A stretch of DNA of 64,000 nt from Candidatus Kerfeldbacteria bacterium (GCA_047946875.1 CP181398.1:777041-841040), one strand, 5' to 3'; numbered from the stretch's first letter, positions 38,901 to 45,686 are shown. Numbers and translations are program-made. The notes: generated by a model not told the origin, from the sequence alone.

Positions 38901-41270
38901 ACTTGATCCACTACCAACGCCCGTAGAGAAAGTATGACTATGAGTTGCCGCGCCACCACTAGTAGAAAATGCAGATGCTCCTCTTACAAAATCACCATCA
39001 TAGGTTGTAATATTAGTCCAACCAGCTCCTGGCGTAGAATCAGCACCTAATAAATATAAATAAGTTGCATCAATAGCCATCTGCCATTGTCGTCCTTCAT
39101 CCCAAGTATCTCCTACTGAAGCTGGTCCTACAAAATAAAGAGCTGGACTTTCTTCTGGAGTTTTAAAATTATAAGTTACTTCTATAGATTCCCCTGCCTT
39201 AATAGTTCTATTCCAAGATAAGGTATTTAATATTTCTGTACCCGAATCATATTTACCCAAAGAAGCATCACCATAATCTTTTAATTCATAATCACTGTTC
39301 ACAATTTCTTTAATTTCACCAACGATATCTTCATAAGCAGTAACTTTTAATGTCATTGGTTGATATATGTAAGGAAATACCCTAGTTGGACCATCTCTCT
39401 GGATTGTAAATCTTGGCGATTCTTTGATTTGAAAAGTATCCGATATCGAATTGGTACCATTATAATGAGTAGCGGTAACATTAATTTGATAAGTTCCTGG
39501 AACATCGGTTGTATAAGTAGCAAAATAATCAGGTCCATGATATTCACCCTTAATCTGGCAAAATTCACTAATTGTTATAGTTCCATCAGCTGTTTTTTTT
39601 GTTATTACATTTCCATTTGGATCAATAATATCTAACACAACATCAGCATTACAAACTATGTCACCTGCATGATCTAGAACACCAATTGAAAAAAGTGTTT
39701 CCTGACCTATTTTTTGAATAGCAAAGTCAGGATTAATAGCTAATACCCCCCAAGTAAAGTCTTGTATTATTTCCTTTATCACACCTTCCTGGTCAATAAT
39801 CATTTTGACCTGATATTTGCCTGGTTTATCAAATTTCGCGTTATCAAATGAATATTTATCAGTTTTTATCTTACCTTTATCAACCTTTTCTACTGTGTAT
39901 GTTGCCTCAATAACCTCTCCTTTTGGATTTAATAATTGTATATCAGTCACTACTCTTTGTTTTGGATCAACTCCCAAAAATGCAAAAGATGATTCTTCTT
40001 CTACATCAACTTCAATTATAGGTTTTTCATTTACCGTCAGATCATTGTCTTCGATAGTAACACTTTGTTCTATTTCTGCTACCACTTTTTCAGCTTCTTG
40101 TAACTCAATGTCAAAAAATAGTCCATCTAAATATGCCGTTGATTCTTCTGCCCCTGGAACAGCATTATAATCTAATTTAACTTGAAACTTATTAAATTCT
40201 TCTAATTCATAGATATTATCAATATCAACTTTAAAATATCCCTCATTGGTTGCATTACTCACTTCTTCATAAAGAGAAATTGATCTAGCAATCTGCCAAG
40301 TATCTCCATCATCAACAGAATATGATAAAATTACCACATCTTCATTATCGGGAAATGTATCCGCAGCAAATGAGACATATAGTGAAATTCTGGTGATCAG
40401 CGCTGTATCTAACACAGAATCTGGAATGCTATATCCCCAAGCCTTGAAAATATTATTTTGATTCGGTACTACCAACTCTGGCTCAGCAATTTCTACAACT
40501 ATATCTTCTACTTCAGTGGCAACTTCAATCTCCTCAACTAGAGGATCTGGTTTCTCAATAATTTCTATTATAGTTTCTTCTGGTTCAGTTGTAGTATCTT
40601 CAATTGGCACTTCTGGTAAATCATTAACATCTGAAGTAACAACTTCATCTATCGTACCTACTGGAATAATAATTTCGTCTTCCTCTCCCAATACTTGAAT
40701 TGGCTTGTTGTTAAAAAAAGCAGAATTATCTTTTGTGAAATTATTTTTAGGAGAGTTGGATAATAAATCTACCTTCTTAGCATTTTCTGCACTCATCCAA
40801 CCGCTTACTTCTGTTGGCTCTAAAATAATATTATAAATTTTAGATGAGTTTTCATCCGCTTGGACCATAAATATATATGTAAAAAAAGTTACCTGAATTG
40901 TTAAAAATGCAAAAGCAACTAGCGACACCGAGTAAATAAAGACGGAAAACTTTTTACTGATCCATAATAATTTTATTTTTTCAAAAGACCAACCAGGTTG
41001 AATAACATACTTACTTACTTCTGGCTCAGGTAATTTTTCTTTATCATTTTCATTTCCAAAGTTTGATTTTTTAGAAGAAGGTAGTAATTCCAAATACAAT
41101 TTTTCTACTGTTTCATTTTCATATCGTCTATCTTTTCTTACTCCGATTCTTACTGCTTTTAATTTTCCCGTTTTATCCCAATTCCGGAGTGTGTTTGGAT
41201 GAATACTAAAGATCTTACTGACTTGATCAATAGTCAATAAAGTAGGCAAAGACTTAAAATTAACCCCCAT
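26970..41270 (-). CDS. ~4770-aa giant exported protein: MerR/Xis-type HTH, TM/signal, acidic region, tail-collar/HxH segment, four beta-helix-like modules, C-terminal WxL/fimbrial-like domain
   Basis: Uninterrupted ORF (track start TTG 41324; ATG 41270 preferred). LLTIDQVSKIFSIHPNTLRNWDKTGKLKAVRIG..RRY; hydrophobic stretch ending VQA|DEN; G/T/N/D-rich repeats; last ~148 aa closely similar to the 338-aa subunit. Confidence 0.9.
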   Translation of the reverse strand: MGVNFKSLPTLLTIDQVSKIFSIHPNTLRNWDKTGKLKAVRIGVRKDRRYENETVEKLYLELLPSSKKSNFGNENDKEKLPEPEVSKYVIQPGWSFEKIKLLWISKKFSVFIYSVSLVAFAFLTIQVTFFTYIFMVQADENSSKIYNIILEPTEVSGWMSAENAKKVDLLSNSPKNNFTKDNSAFFNNKPIQVLGEEDEIIIPVGTIDEVVTSDVNDLPEVPIEDTTTEPEETIIEIIEKPDPLVEEIEVATEVEDIVVEIAEPELVVPNQNNIFKAWGYSIPDSVLDTALITRISLYVSFAADTFPDNEDVVILSYSVDDGDTWQIARSISLYEEVSNATNEGYFKVDIDNIYELEEFNKFQVKLDYNAVPGAEESTAYLDGLFFDIELQEAEKVVAEIEQSVTIEDNDLTVNEKPIIEVDVEEESSFAFLGVDPKQRVVTDIQLLNPKGEVIEATYTVEKVDKGKIKTDKYSFDNAKFDKPGKYQVKMIIDQEGVIKEIIQDFTWGVLAINPDFAIQKIGQETLFSIGVLDHAGDIVCNADVVLDIIDPNGNVITKKTADGTITISEFCQIKGEYHGPDYFATYTTDVPGTYQINVTATHYNGTNSISDTFQIKESPRFTIQRDGPTRVFPYIYQPMTLKVTAYEDIVGEIKEIVNSDYELKDYGDASLGKYDSGTEILNTLSWNRTIKAGESIEVTYNFKTPEESPALYFVGPASVGDTWDEGRQWQMAIDATYLYLLGADSTPGAGWTNITTYDGDFVRGASAFSTSGGAATHSHTFSTGVGSGSSSTGPDTICGRGCTLISTGAHTHTANTTTVAAADNNPAHYTYYLYRYDSLDSTPSTIPLDAFAFFKTGSEPSSPWVRFSAADSRLVKLDSSHTTGGSDTHTHGVTWGSLNAGSGSVGVFSGITPNVHDAIVHTHAAPSTPTTTASATSVPEYVTLKLYEQNGTPPSVPIGMIALFDGTPPTGWTTISNTSPYQNRYIQTADSSGTTSGSAGVAHSNTVGTSGDSAGIDGSASAGSQFATAGHKHDITLSGYNAPAHDPLQTNFILAECTSCGGGGGGYDFDGIAYTDDTEGTPITTGTSVCVAVNATAGGDCDATDSSGNFSITGVTTSAGDQLTFYIDGGSILGNTVTVSDGGDIVTGDNLRIYQNTVMVRHEQGTSINVDDMDAYDNDQNSVDMLYDAIDAITDTLVVETGIQLFVYTGHTFDPNGRITTTSVTGDFDVRGTAYLDTISNVIAGDIDVPSGGTLHVQNSTIVEANEVLVSGGTLNHTAGTFIIGNSTTEDLNMTSGAVNISGGTTDIGDDFILTGGTATISGSADVDILDRVTLDGATSVLNLNAGSVVTEVGYWVINEGDFNFNGGTHSVGPSGYFYMAPNDTGLDFTMTGSGTITTEEINLSNTALARWGTISGGTFIIDDDNSVGGIDIRKAGVSFYNIVIADTTTIDVNSLGFNVANDLTINGSQTFGTTNEALSIGGDLVINSSAVFTAGSSAISIAGDYTNGGTFTADTSTVTMTGTSSINGASDTTFNNLTIGDGTAGTVTVGGSEDPTVTGTFDIDSGDTLSLGVSNIVTLGNAGSLTLDGTISGGGLFAYQPSSAFPTTGTLSSSLRMDATFNDQILSQRTYGHQVQVYNNSTTNARTVMLGTGASQTLNFSNSLYVSAQNTQNITLDGGTYNPTVNITSVLAYGGGGSGIGIITSGTGMWTVSGAIDFTDGTYTATSGNTVVLDGSSTQTITSDSESFYNLTVTNTSGIVTGCASFTTAGIVFADAATATGTFTVNDNANVEYNSTSTYAFTNIDWTGSSGNEIYFKGSTGSSAWDLDVTNSSVVSYVDVSWSDATPGVDIDADDGTNTDCSNNTAWTFPSSNTNVAGSSNSSGTVKIAVNGVLQADSFVISASAWNVDTDPALSGGEVITVFIDTATDGDQSTAVTEYDGADDITGMVLNQNVLSVGSADTGVTLTVTQLGSYDNDQNGNIMHTANAGVLNVDEDGAYADDTIDILADDTLTMDSAGTMNAHNVTISIDGTLASDGANTYSLDGNWDNNGTFTASTSTVTMTGSPAINGSSDTTFNNLTIGDGSAGTVSIEGTDDPIVTGTLDVNTNDFLYISIDRSLTVTSTGSFTFDGYVMGNGTLVYQPSAAFPTTGAFATNIIVRFDSSSNSQTMSARDYLYVEIYGNNSSNTVTSAAGTYNVYGDLELIQGGTGATTFDLNTNDPTINFTKTITIGVNTIFSAPSSTSLTLKSDYTNNGTFTDNSGTVVLAGTVQQTLSGTMTGSSDFYNLTITNTTGSVSGCATSFTPGIDFAAAATATGTFTVNDNVKVEYNSGSTYAFTNIDWTGSSGNDIVFRNSNLTSGTWLLDVANTSVVSYVDVSRSDATDTGFQIDADDGTNTHCGNNTNWLFSDIITIGGTVYQENKSTNAGSGILVQVNVNGNNMNFGTTDGNGDYSVGSIASSSGDIVTIYLDDHGTYEGTTAFKVDGTDTADVDVYAAAVIVRNDTGASITNTNLESGDRDTGDSDIKFKVDSNNVTIDSEFELHIWTGDTYDPGGGVTTSGTGGNQYVDTGATVQGTGSLVVHGGNLTGDGTVNMTGGTVTLSTDGTIGGDSNWTFYNLSFTQLPCGEYTTTAIGTGSMTITNQLITTWDFCEVIERFHTLDAGEKTWILSGSGTTDETMPFFNEGRLIGNTSTFQYTGTGDTDIARDGSGGSYYNLELIPSGGSPSYTFEYASALANDINNNLTIGDGTNSVTIDGADNNVSLDVGGNFSCGASTNTINTGTGTWNIEGNVDLTNCDTFTATSGHTLVMDGVTPSLTAAGKSLYDFETSGTGTITLADALTTNGDVTVGTGTTLTGSNDLTANGGDITGDGVITMTGGTVTVGLPAAGNIGGNSSTWTFYDLYFDIIGACSGDRILSATGSGDIKITNTLARDTCAGAGDDVWFAKLSAAAGGAKTWEMSGSGTPITSMVIVNKTTEDSTFKFTNTGSVTVSGGGSFDNLSLDPDSGGTYDISGDISVYGDLYIKADLTDLIEGTGEVIMHGADNTIDVGGETFYDFKLDSASDVAISVINTDFTISSAYGNFGAGGTLSIGAGRTVTHTGSTFANLGTVEGAGTLRFTDTSAGPGTGGTINSIVRYDASAGNIANTTFDARTYGGDVELYGSNSSNSITAASGSYPISGDLILIQDGTGATTVDLNTNDPSLVVSGDVSIDTATTLSASSSSTLDINGNYTNNGTFTDNNGTVVLAGSSTQSLSGTMTGSSDFYNLTITNSGGTVDFGAAVETENNYTITTAGVTVEYEAGSTYTFPNINWAGSSGVGNEITFQSSTTSDWNLVVTGTQTDVSYIDVKYSYACGGDWIDASNGTNTDSGNNDCWIFDGITLTGTIYSDDGISVYDCSADPLTVHAATNGGTASEYECDSAGGTFTIPATDPTAGGDPIVLYIDNSETPHATTATLAADISSNISGLNLYQNRMIVRHENAGPMTNAKLLTGDNADAGIRYAVIAGALTTESGMELHAWTGDTFDPGGMVTTDATGGNLHIDDNATVHLDTATSIIGLDIDIDANATLNVSADATVNGDNITSAGNINVTAGTLTIGNGTTEDLIINGGTNSFSGGTVDVKDNFYVNGGTATIASAVTVAGNIWQEAGTLNFNTGANVDVTGALNMRGSNSQITNFNDGSVDVGTNINLNQGIITLAGGTVRASTVADGAIELARHNDGGETVTFNMTGGTLTGRSFIVYNEKPLTTTTVTGGTIVIDDPSGASSAQGQVYQWSDDAPEFYNLQISRGTVGTPCLLSNDASQQLLVLKGNYTLDSGIYFDAQGEAMEVQGDWTNNSGNFTPGTGSVTLTGENVASHDINGLGDTTFYDLTIGDGATTNTITVDTDTGADDPLVSNTLDVDTGDSLAIETSRTVTWTGSGFTLDGTISGAGRLTINSGTTIPTAGTLSSLVRFDTSNGNTTTMPARTYGSDVEIFNDDNSTPYTITPLATATQDIDGNLYIIADGTQNVTFAGVTNNPAFDIEGDFDFIGADDGSEIITSGTGTWTVSGNVNFTDGTYTATSGNTLVMNGTGTLTSASQTLQNLTLSGSVTLANATHTMAGNLDMTGGTVTAGTSTIDMTGATKTVTSASQTLQNFKVSGTGSVASADAMDVNGTFDIADTGVFTQEVDSNLNAAGNFTLASGTTFNNATAGTGELILDGDLTFTDNTSPQQDVGNLEIGTSPDTTDLASDLLAKTLTINDGDILNTNGYDLDIGLGGITISTDAGSGGGTLDVDDDVETDGTQMNTDGKFDLQSGASLLNSAGTNVGSTLTFNIPSSVSDITSDLITAGTGSLYNLVIDDGAGTYNLIVEVEDPLVVLNNVTITNGHLDAVSGENNAITVGGSWDNDDIFLCRSGTITFDATSGSPTIDSTGATTDDFNDITFDDTGNNITFTLESILDINNDLLITGGTLDVKSGEDNAIYLAGDWTNNDNFTDQSGTVYLDGSSQQILSGQMTGTSDRFYNLTITNAGASDPDVDFAAAADVDNNFTADTANTQLEFNAGSTYTFNNVSFNGTSGNLVTLRSSTPGTQWNLTSDGTQIVTYTDVQDSYACGGDTIDATGGTNVNSQNNDCWLFVGMTVSLSPNSIDLGTLLESLVSQDGVTLTVSTDASNGYQASVYYDNSLTSIGNTIADTTGGTIVAGTEEYGASSSRSGYDIGIWSPTSCADTGTTSNATALTTSLQTFAGATGVVSTHQTELCILGSISGLTDAGAYTSTITIVATSLY

Positions 41271-41344
41271 TTTTTTTGGGTGCTTATTTTTTTTACCTAG
41301 TTTAAACACTTTAAATATATGCAAAACTTTTTTATTATTTTAGC

Positions 41345-41395
41345 TTTGCTTAAGTTAGCAAAAAATTTAACTTAACTTAACAAACATAACAAAAC
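41345..41395. promoter_or_regulatory. Candidate operator: TTAAC-type tandem repeats plus an inverted repeat just downstream of the predicted start site
   Basis: ttaac-ttaac-ttaac-aaac-ataac-aaaac (41367..41395); tttgct-N6-agcaaa (41345..41362). Confidence 0.4.
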
Positions 41396-41396
41396 T

Positions 41397-41425
41397 ATTA
41401 TATAATATTATTATGATTTTGTCCA
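41397..41425 (-). promoter_or_regulatory. Sigma70-type promoter of the giant HTH-fusion gene
   Basis: TGGACA (41425-41420), 17 bp, TATAAT (41402-41397). Confidence 0.65.
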
Positions 41426-41484
41426 ATAAAAATAACTCTCATCATCTTTATAAATGATTCGAATGATTTAAATTATGATTAAAC

Positions 41485-42195
41485 TTATTTAACTTTAGAA
41501 AACCTTAACTTAATAACATTGATAAAACTTTCCAATATTATCCCACTATTAAATTTTGAATTACCTGCTCGCCTCTCAACAAAAATGATCGGAGTCTCTA
41601 CAATTGAAAAACCTTTTTTTTCTGCTTTGTAAGATAGCTCTATCTGAAAATTATATCCGCTCGATTGAATGTTATCCAAATCTAAATTTTCCAAAACTTT
41701 TCTATTCCAACATTTATAGCCACCTGTTAGATCTTTGATAGGTGTCATTAGTATTGCCCTAACCATAGTATTGGCTAGCCAGCTAATAAATCTACGAAAC
41801 CAATTCCAATTCTCTACTCCACCGCCAGGGATATTTCTGGAACCAAGCACTACATCATATTTTTTTGCCTTGTCTAAAAAATCAGGAAGATACTTTGGCT
41901 GATGAGAAAAATCGGCATCCATTTCAAAAATATATTCGTTGCTCGGGTCTTCTAATGCTTTTTTGAAACCTGCAACATAGGCAGGGCCTAAGCCTTCTTT
42001 TTTTTCACGATGTATCACTGAAATATTTTCGTTACTATTGGCCAGTTGATCAGCAATCTGACCCGTACCATCTGGAGAATTATCATCAACAATTATTATC
42101 TTCAAATCTCTTATTCCAATAGAAAAAATTTCCTTGGTGATTGCCAAGATATTTTCCTTCTCATTATAAGTAGGTAATATAATTATCGGTCTCAT
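41485..42195 (-). CDS. Polyprenol-monophosphomannose synthase-like glycosyltransferase (GT2, DPM1/Ppm1 type)
   Basis: IILPTYNEKEN, VDDNSPDGT, GLG.AY..GF, EMDADFSH.P, D.TGG..C, GY.FQIE, PI.F.ERR.G.SK. Confidence 0.92.
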   Translation of the reverse strand: MRPIIILPTYNEKENILAITKEIFSIGIRDLKIIIVDDNSPDGTGQIADQLANSNENISVIHREKKEGLGPAYVAGFKKALEDPSNEYIFEMDADFSHQPKYLPDFLDKAKKYDVVLGSRNIPGGGVENWNWFRRFISWLANTMVRAILMTPIKDLTGGYKCWNRKVLENLDLDNIQSSGYNFQIELSYKAEKKGFSIVETPIIFVERRAGNSKFNSGIILESFINVIKLRFSKVK

Positions 42196-42235
42196 AATAT
42201 TGGCATTTTAGCATAACTAATACCCCTTTTCAACT

Positions 42236-42264
42236 TTGACCTAAGCTGATTTTTTTATTATAAT
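42236..42264 (+). promoter_or_regulatory. Sigma70-type promoter for the LCP-der-pth-pilT-pilM run
   Basis: TTGACC, 17 bp, TATAAT. Confidence 0.65.
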
Positions 42265-42277
42265 ATAATAAGTTTAT

Positions 42278-43762
42278 ATGCCAAACTTAATTGATGAAAA
42301 TGAAAAAAAGATAGACACAAAGGTAGATACTAGTGTATATCATACCAAAACCAAAAATAAGAAAAAGTCGCGATGGTGGTGGTCGACTTTAATATTATTT
42401 CTGGTAATTTTTTTAATTGGCGTAGGATTTTTGTCAAAGATTGTCTTAGCAATTAATAGTACTAATAGTGAATCAGGTGAAAAAGTTAATTTTTTCGACC
42501 AAATTAGGCATCTTATAATCAACCCAGAAAAAAATATTGTTGGAGAAGAAGAGGATAGAATTAATATTCTACTTGCTGGAATTGGTGGATCGGGACATGA
42601 TGGTGCTTATTTAGCTGACACTATCATAATAGCTAGCATTAAACCGTCCACTCAGGAAGTTGCAACTATCTCAATTCCACGTGATCTATATGTAGAAATA
42701 CCTGAATATGGTTGGCGTAAAATCAATAATGCTCTGGCTTTTGGTTATATATATGATTATCCGGGTGGCGGAGAAATATTATTAAAAGAAACAATAGAAA
42801 ATTTACTAGATATTCCTATTCATTATTACGCTCGTATTGATTTTAATGGTTTTAGTCAGGTAATAGATGATGTAGGTGGTCTAGAAATTATGGTTGAAAA
42901 CAGCTTTACAGACTATTCATATCCCGATAACAACTATGGGTATCAAACAATCAGCTTTACCGAAGGATTGGAGAAAATGGATGGTGATCGCGCCCTAAAA
43001 TATGTACGTTCCCGAAAAGGAACAAATGGTGAAGGGTCGGATTTTGCAAGATCTAGAAGACAACAAATAGTATTACTTGCCCTTAGAGACAAACTAGTTT
43101 CACTAAATACCCTACTAAATCCCTCAAAAATTATTACAATCCTTGATAATTTAGGTAAACATAACAAAACCAACCTTGAAATATGGGAAATACTTGAATT
43201 AGGAAAAATGGTACAAGGATTAGATCAAAATAGTATTATTACGCAAGTTATTGACAATGGGACAAACGGTTTACTCATATCTGATCATACGATAGATGGT
43301 GCATATATTTTGAGACCAGAAAGTGGTGATTTTTTAGAAATACAATATTTAGTAAAAAACATTTTTGATAATACCTTTATAAATAAAGAAAATGCTCGTC
43401 TTGAAATCCAAAACAGCACAAAAGAGGCAGGCCTTGCTTCAAAAACAGCAGATAAACTTGAAGCGCTAAATTATACTGTCGCTGGTATTGGGAATGCTGA
43501 CACTGATACACCACTAGAAAAAACAACTATTTATGACTTGTCAGGAGGAACAAAACCATATACTATAATAAACCTTAAGAATATGTTAAATGCTGACATA
43601 TCCTCATTATTACCTCCTTTTATGGTAGAAAGTCATCCAACTTACCAAGCATTAATAGCTCCCACTACCAATAAAAATCTAAATACTAACGAAGAAGAAG
43701 TAGATATTTTGATAGTCATAGGTAGTGATCAAATCATTACTAACGAAACTGAAACTCAATAA
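42278..43762 (+). CDS. LCP (LytR-CpsA-Psr) family protein with LytR C-terminal domain
   Basis: TM, RINILLAG.GG, DTIII, SIPRDLYV, KIN.A, AL.YVRSR, SDFARSRRQQ; C-terminal EIQNST..GLA...GNA..DILIVIGSD. Confidence 0.93.
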   Translation: MPNLIDENEKKIDTKVDTSVYHTKTKNKKKSRWWWSTLILFLVIFLIGVGFLSKIVLAINSTNSESGEKVNFFDQIRHLIINPEKNIVGEEEDRINILLAGIGGSGHDGAYLADTIIIASIKPSTQEVATISIPRDLYVEIPEYGWRKINNALAFGYIYDYPGGGEILLKETIENLLDIPIHYYARIDFNGFSQVIDDVGGLEIMVENSFTDYSYPDNNYGYQTISFTEGLEKMDGDRALKYVRSRKGTNGEGSDFARSRRQQIVLLALRDKLVSLNTLLNPSKIITILDNLGKHNKTNLEIWEILELGKMVQGLDQNSIITQVIDNGTNGLLISDHTIDGAYILRPESGDFLEIQYLVKNIFDNTFINKENARLEIQNSTKEAGLASKTADKLEALNYTVAGIGNADTDTPLEKTTIYDLSGGTKPYTIINLKNMLNADISSLLPPFMVESHPTYQALIAPTTNKNLNTNEEEVDILIVIGSDQIITNETETQ

Positions 43763-43777
43763 AAAAATAACCACTTT

Positions 43778-45100
43778 ATGAAAAAAAATTTACCACGCGT
43801 TGCCTTAGTTGGGAGGATAAATGCTGGCAAGTCAACTCTTTTTAATACCCTAACAGAAACCACCAAAGCAATCGTCTCGCCCGTACCAGGCACGACGCGT
43901 GATTTAAATTTATCTGATATTTCATGGCGAGACAAATCATTCACTCTTATTGATACTGGTGGTCTTGATGCCGCATACTTAGGAGAGATAGAAGGATATG
44001 TCCAGAAGAAGGCTTACGAAACTATCATGGACTCAGATCTTATTTTATATGTAATAGATGGTAAACAAGAAATCACAGCCGAAGATAGGAAAATTGCCAG
44101 GTTTCTTAAAAAAAGTAAAAAGAAAGTAATTTTAGCAATAAACAAAGTTGATGGACCAAGAATAAAAAAAAATGTTTCCCCAGACATCTTTAAACTAGGC
44201 TTCAAAGTTATTGCTTATTGTTCAGCTGCTTCTGGAGTAGGCACAGGAGATTTATTAGATACATTAATTAAACATGTACCTCTAAAAAAACTAGTTGAAC
44301 GACAGATAGACCTTCGCTTATCGATAATTGGTAAAACAAACGTAGGAAAATCATCCATCTTAAATTCATTGCTTGGAGATGACAGAGCTATAGTTACTCC
44401 CGTTCCTCACACTACTCGTGAACCACAAGATACTGAGATTAAATACAAAGGAAAAAATATTCTAATAGTTGATACCGCAGGATTAAGAAAAAAAAGAAAA
44501 CTTTCAGATGATATAGAAAAAAAGAGCGTCCTAAGAACCTATGAAGCGATAAAAAGCTCTCACATATCTTTATTCGTCGTAGATGCCGACCAACCACTTA
44601 GTAGCCAAGACCAAAATATAGCTGAACTTGCCTTGGAAAGTAAAAACGGCGTTATTATAGTTGTAAATAAATGGGATTTAATAAAAGATAAAGACCCGGC
44701 TACCATAAATAAGTTTACCAAATATTACGATCGTTTTTTACCTTGGATGGACTGGGCTCCATATATATTTACCTCTGTCAAAGAGAAAAAAAGAATTCAT
44801 AAACTATTACAATTAGCTCTAGATATACAAGCTGAACGTGAAAAAGAAATACCAGAAGAAGAACTAAAAAACATTGTCAAAAGGACGTACAGAAAGAAAG
44901 CAAAGGCAAGTCGTGGGAAAAAATCCACAGAACCAATTACTATGCAACAAAGTGGAATCAATCCCCCATTTTTCGAATTACTTGTTTACAAACCACACCT
45001 CATTCATCAGGCATATCTAAACTTATTAAAGAATAAAATCAGAGAAAAATATGGCTTCAAAGGTACGCCTATTGTAATTAATATGAAAAAAGTAAAATAA
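43778..45100 (+). CDS. der: Ribosome biogenesis GTPase Der
   Basis: Two G domains: GRINAGKSTLFN..GTTRD..DTGG..NKVD and GKTNVGKSS..DTAG..NKWD; C-terminal FKGTPI. Confidence 0.96.
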   Translation: MKKNLPRVALVGRINAGKSTLFNTLTETTKAIVSPVPGTTRDLNLSDISWRDKSFTLIDTGGLDAAYLGEIEGYVQKKAYETIMDSDLILYVIDGKQEITAEDRKIARFLKKSKKKVILAINKVDGPRIKKNVSPDIFKLGFKVIAYCSAASGVGTGDLLDTLIKHVPLKKLVERQIDLRLSIIGKTNVGKSSILNSLLGDDRAIVTPVPHTTREPQDTEIKYKGKNILIVDTAGLRKKRKLSDDIEKKSVLRTYEAIKSSHISLFVVDADQPLSSQDQNIAELALESKNGVIIVVNKWDLIKDKDPATINKFTKYYDRFLPWMDWAPYIFTSVKEKKRIHKLLQLALDIQAEREKEIPEEELKNIVKRTYRKKAKASRGKKSTEPITMQQSGINPPFFELLVYKPHLIHQAYLNLLKNKIREKYGFKGTPIVINMKKVK

Positions 45101-45104
45101 TTAT

Positions 45105-45686
45105 ATGAAACTTATCGTCGGCTTAGGAAATCCAGGAAAAGAATATCAAAATACAAGACATAATATTGGTTTTCAAATTTTGGATACATTAAATAATCTA
45201 CCAAATTATAATCACCTTTCTTTCAATGAAGATAAAAAATTCCATGGAATTATGGCTAAAGACCAAAATATTATTTTATTTAAGCCGTCTACTTTTATGA
45301 ACAATTCTGGAGAAGCAGTGAGAGCAGTTACTGATTATTTTAAAATTAATTCAAAAGATATACTAATAATTCATGACGACCTAGATATTGATTTTGGTAA
45401 CATTAAAATCCAACAAGGTAAGTCAGCTGCTGGACACAATGGGGTATCCTCTATTATTAGTCATCTTGGCAACAATGATTTCTGGAGACTTAGATATGGG
45501 GTAGCAGGCGAATCAAGAGGTCAAATACCTGGTGATAAATACGTATTATCTAGATTTTCCGCTGAAGAAGAGATTGATCTTCCAGAAAAAACAATGATTG
45601 CTACGAATGCTGTAAAAAACTTTATTGAACAAGGAGCTGAAATAACTGCTCAAAAATATAACCAAATTGCTAAAAAAGAGGTATAA
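45105..45686 (+). CDS. pth: Peptidyl-tRNA hydrolase
   Basis: MKLIVGLGNPG..Y..TRHNIGF, KP.TFMN.SG, HDDLD, AGHNG. Confidence 0.97.
   Translation: MKLIVGLGNPGKEYQNTRHNIGFQILDTLNNLPNYNHLSFNEDKKFHGIMAKDQNIILFKPSTFMNNSGEAVRAVTDYFKINSKDILIIHDDLDIDFGNIKIQQGKSAAGHNGVSSIISHLGNNDFWRLRYGVAGESRGQIPGDKYVLSRFSAEEEIDLPEKTMIATNAVKNFIEQGAEITAQKYNQIAKKEV

Noticed and set aside
27269-40698. Many 60-190 aa plus-strand ORFs opposite the giant genes, and similar shadow ORFs elsewhere
   Set aside because: Antisense shadows caused by codon bias of G/T/S/D-rich proteins; no motifs, SD sites or promoters.
19230-41270. tRNA-integrated genomic island
   Set aside because: The cluster lies on the 5' side of the minus-strand tRNAs, the 3'-end duplicate is on the other side, and no integrase is present.
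38100-41324. Prophage (excisionase-like HTH plus tail-collar motifs)
   Set aside because: Both motifs are parts of a single exported ORF; no integrase, terminase, capsid or portal genes nearby.
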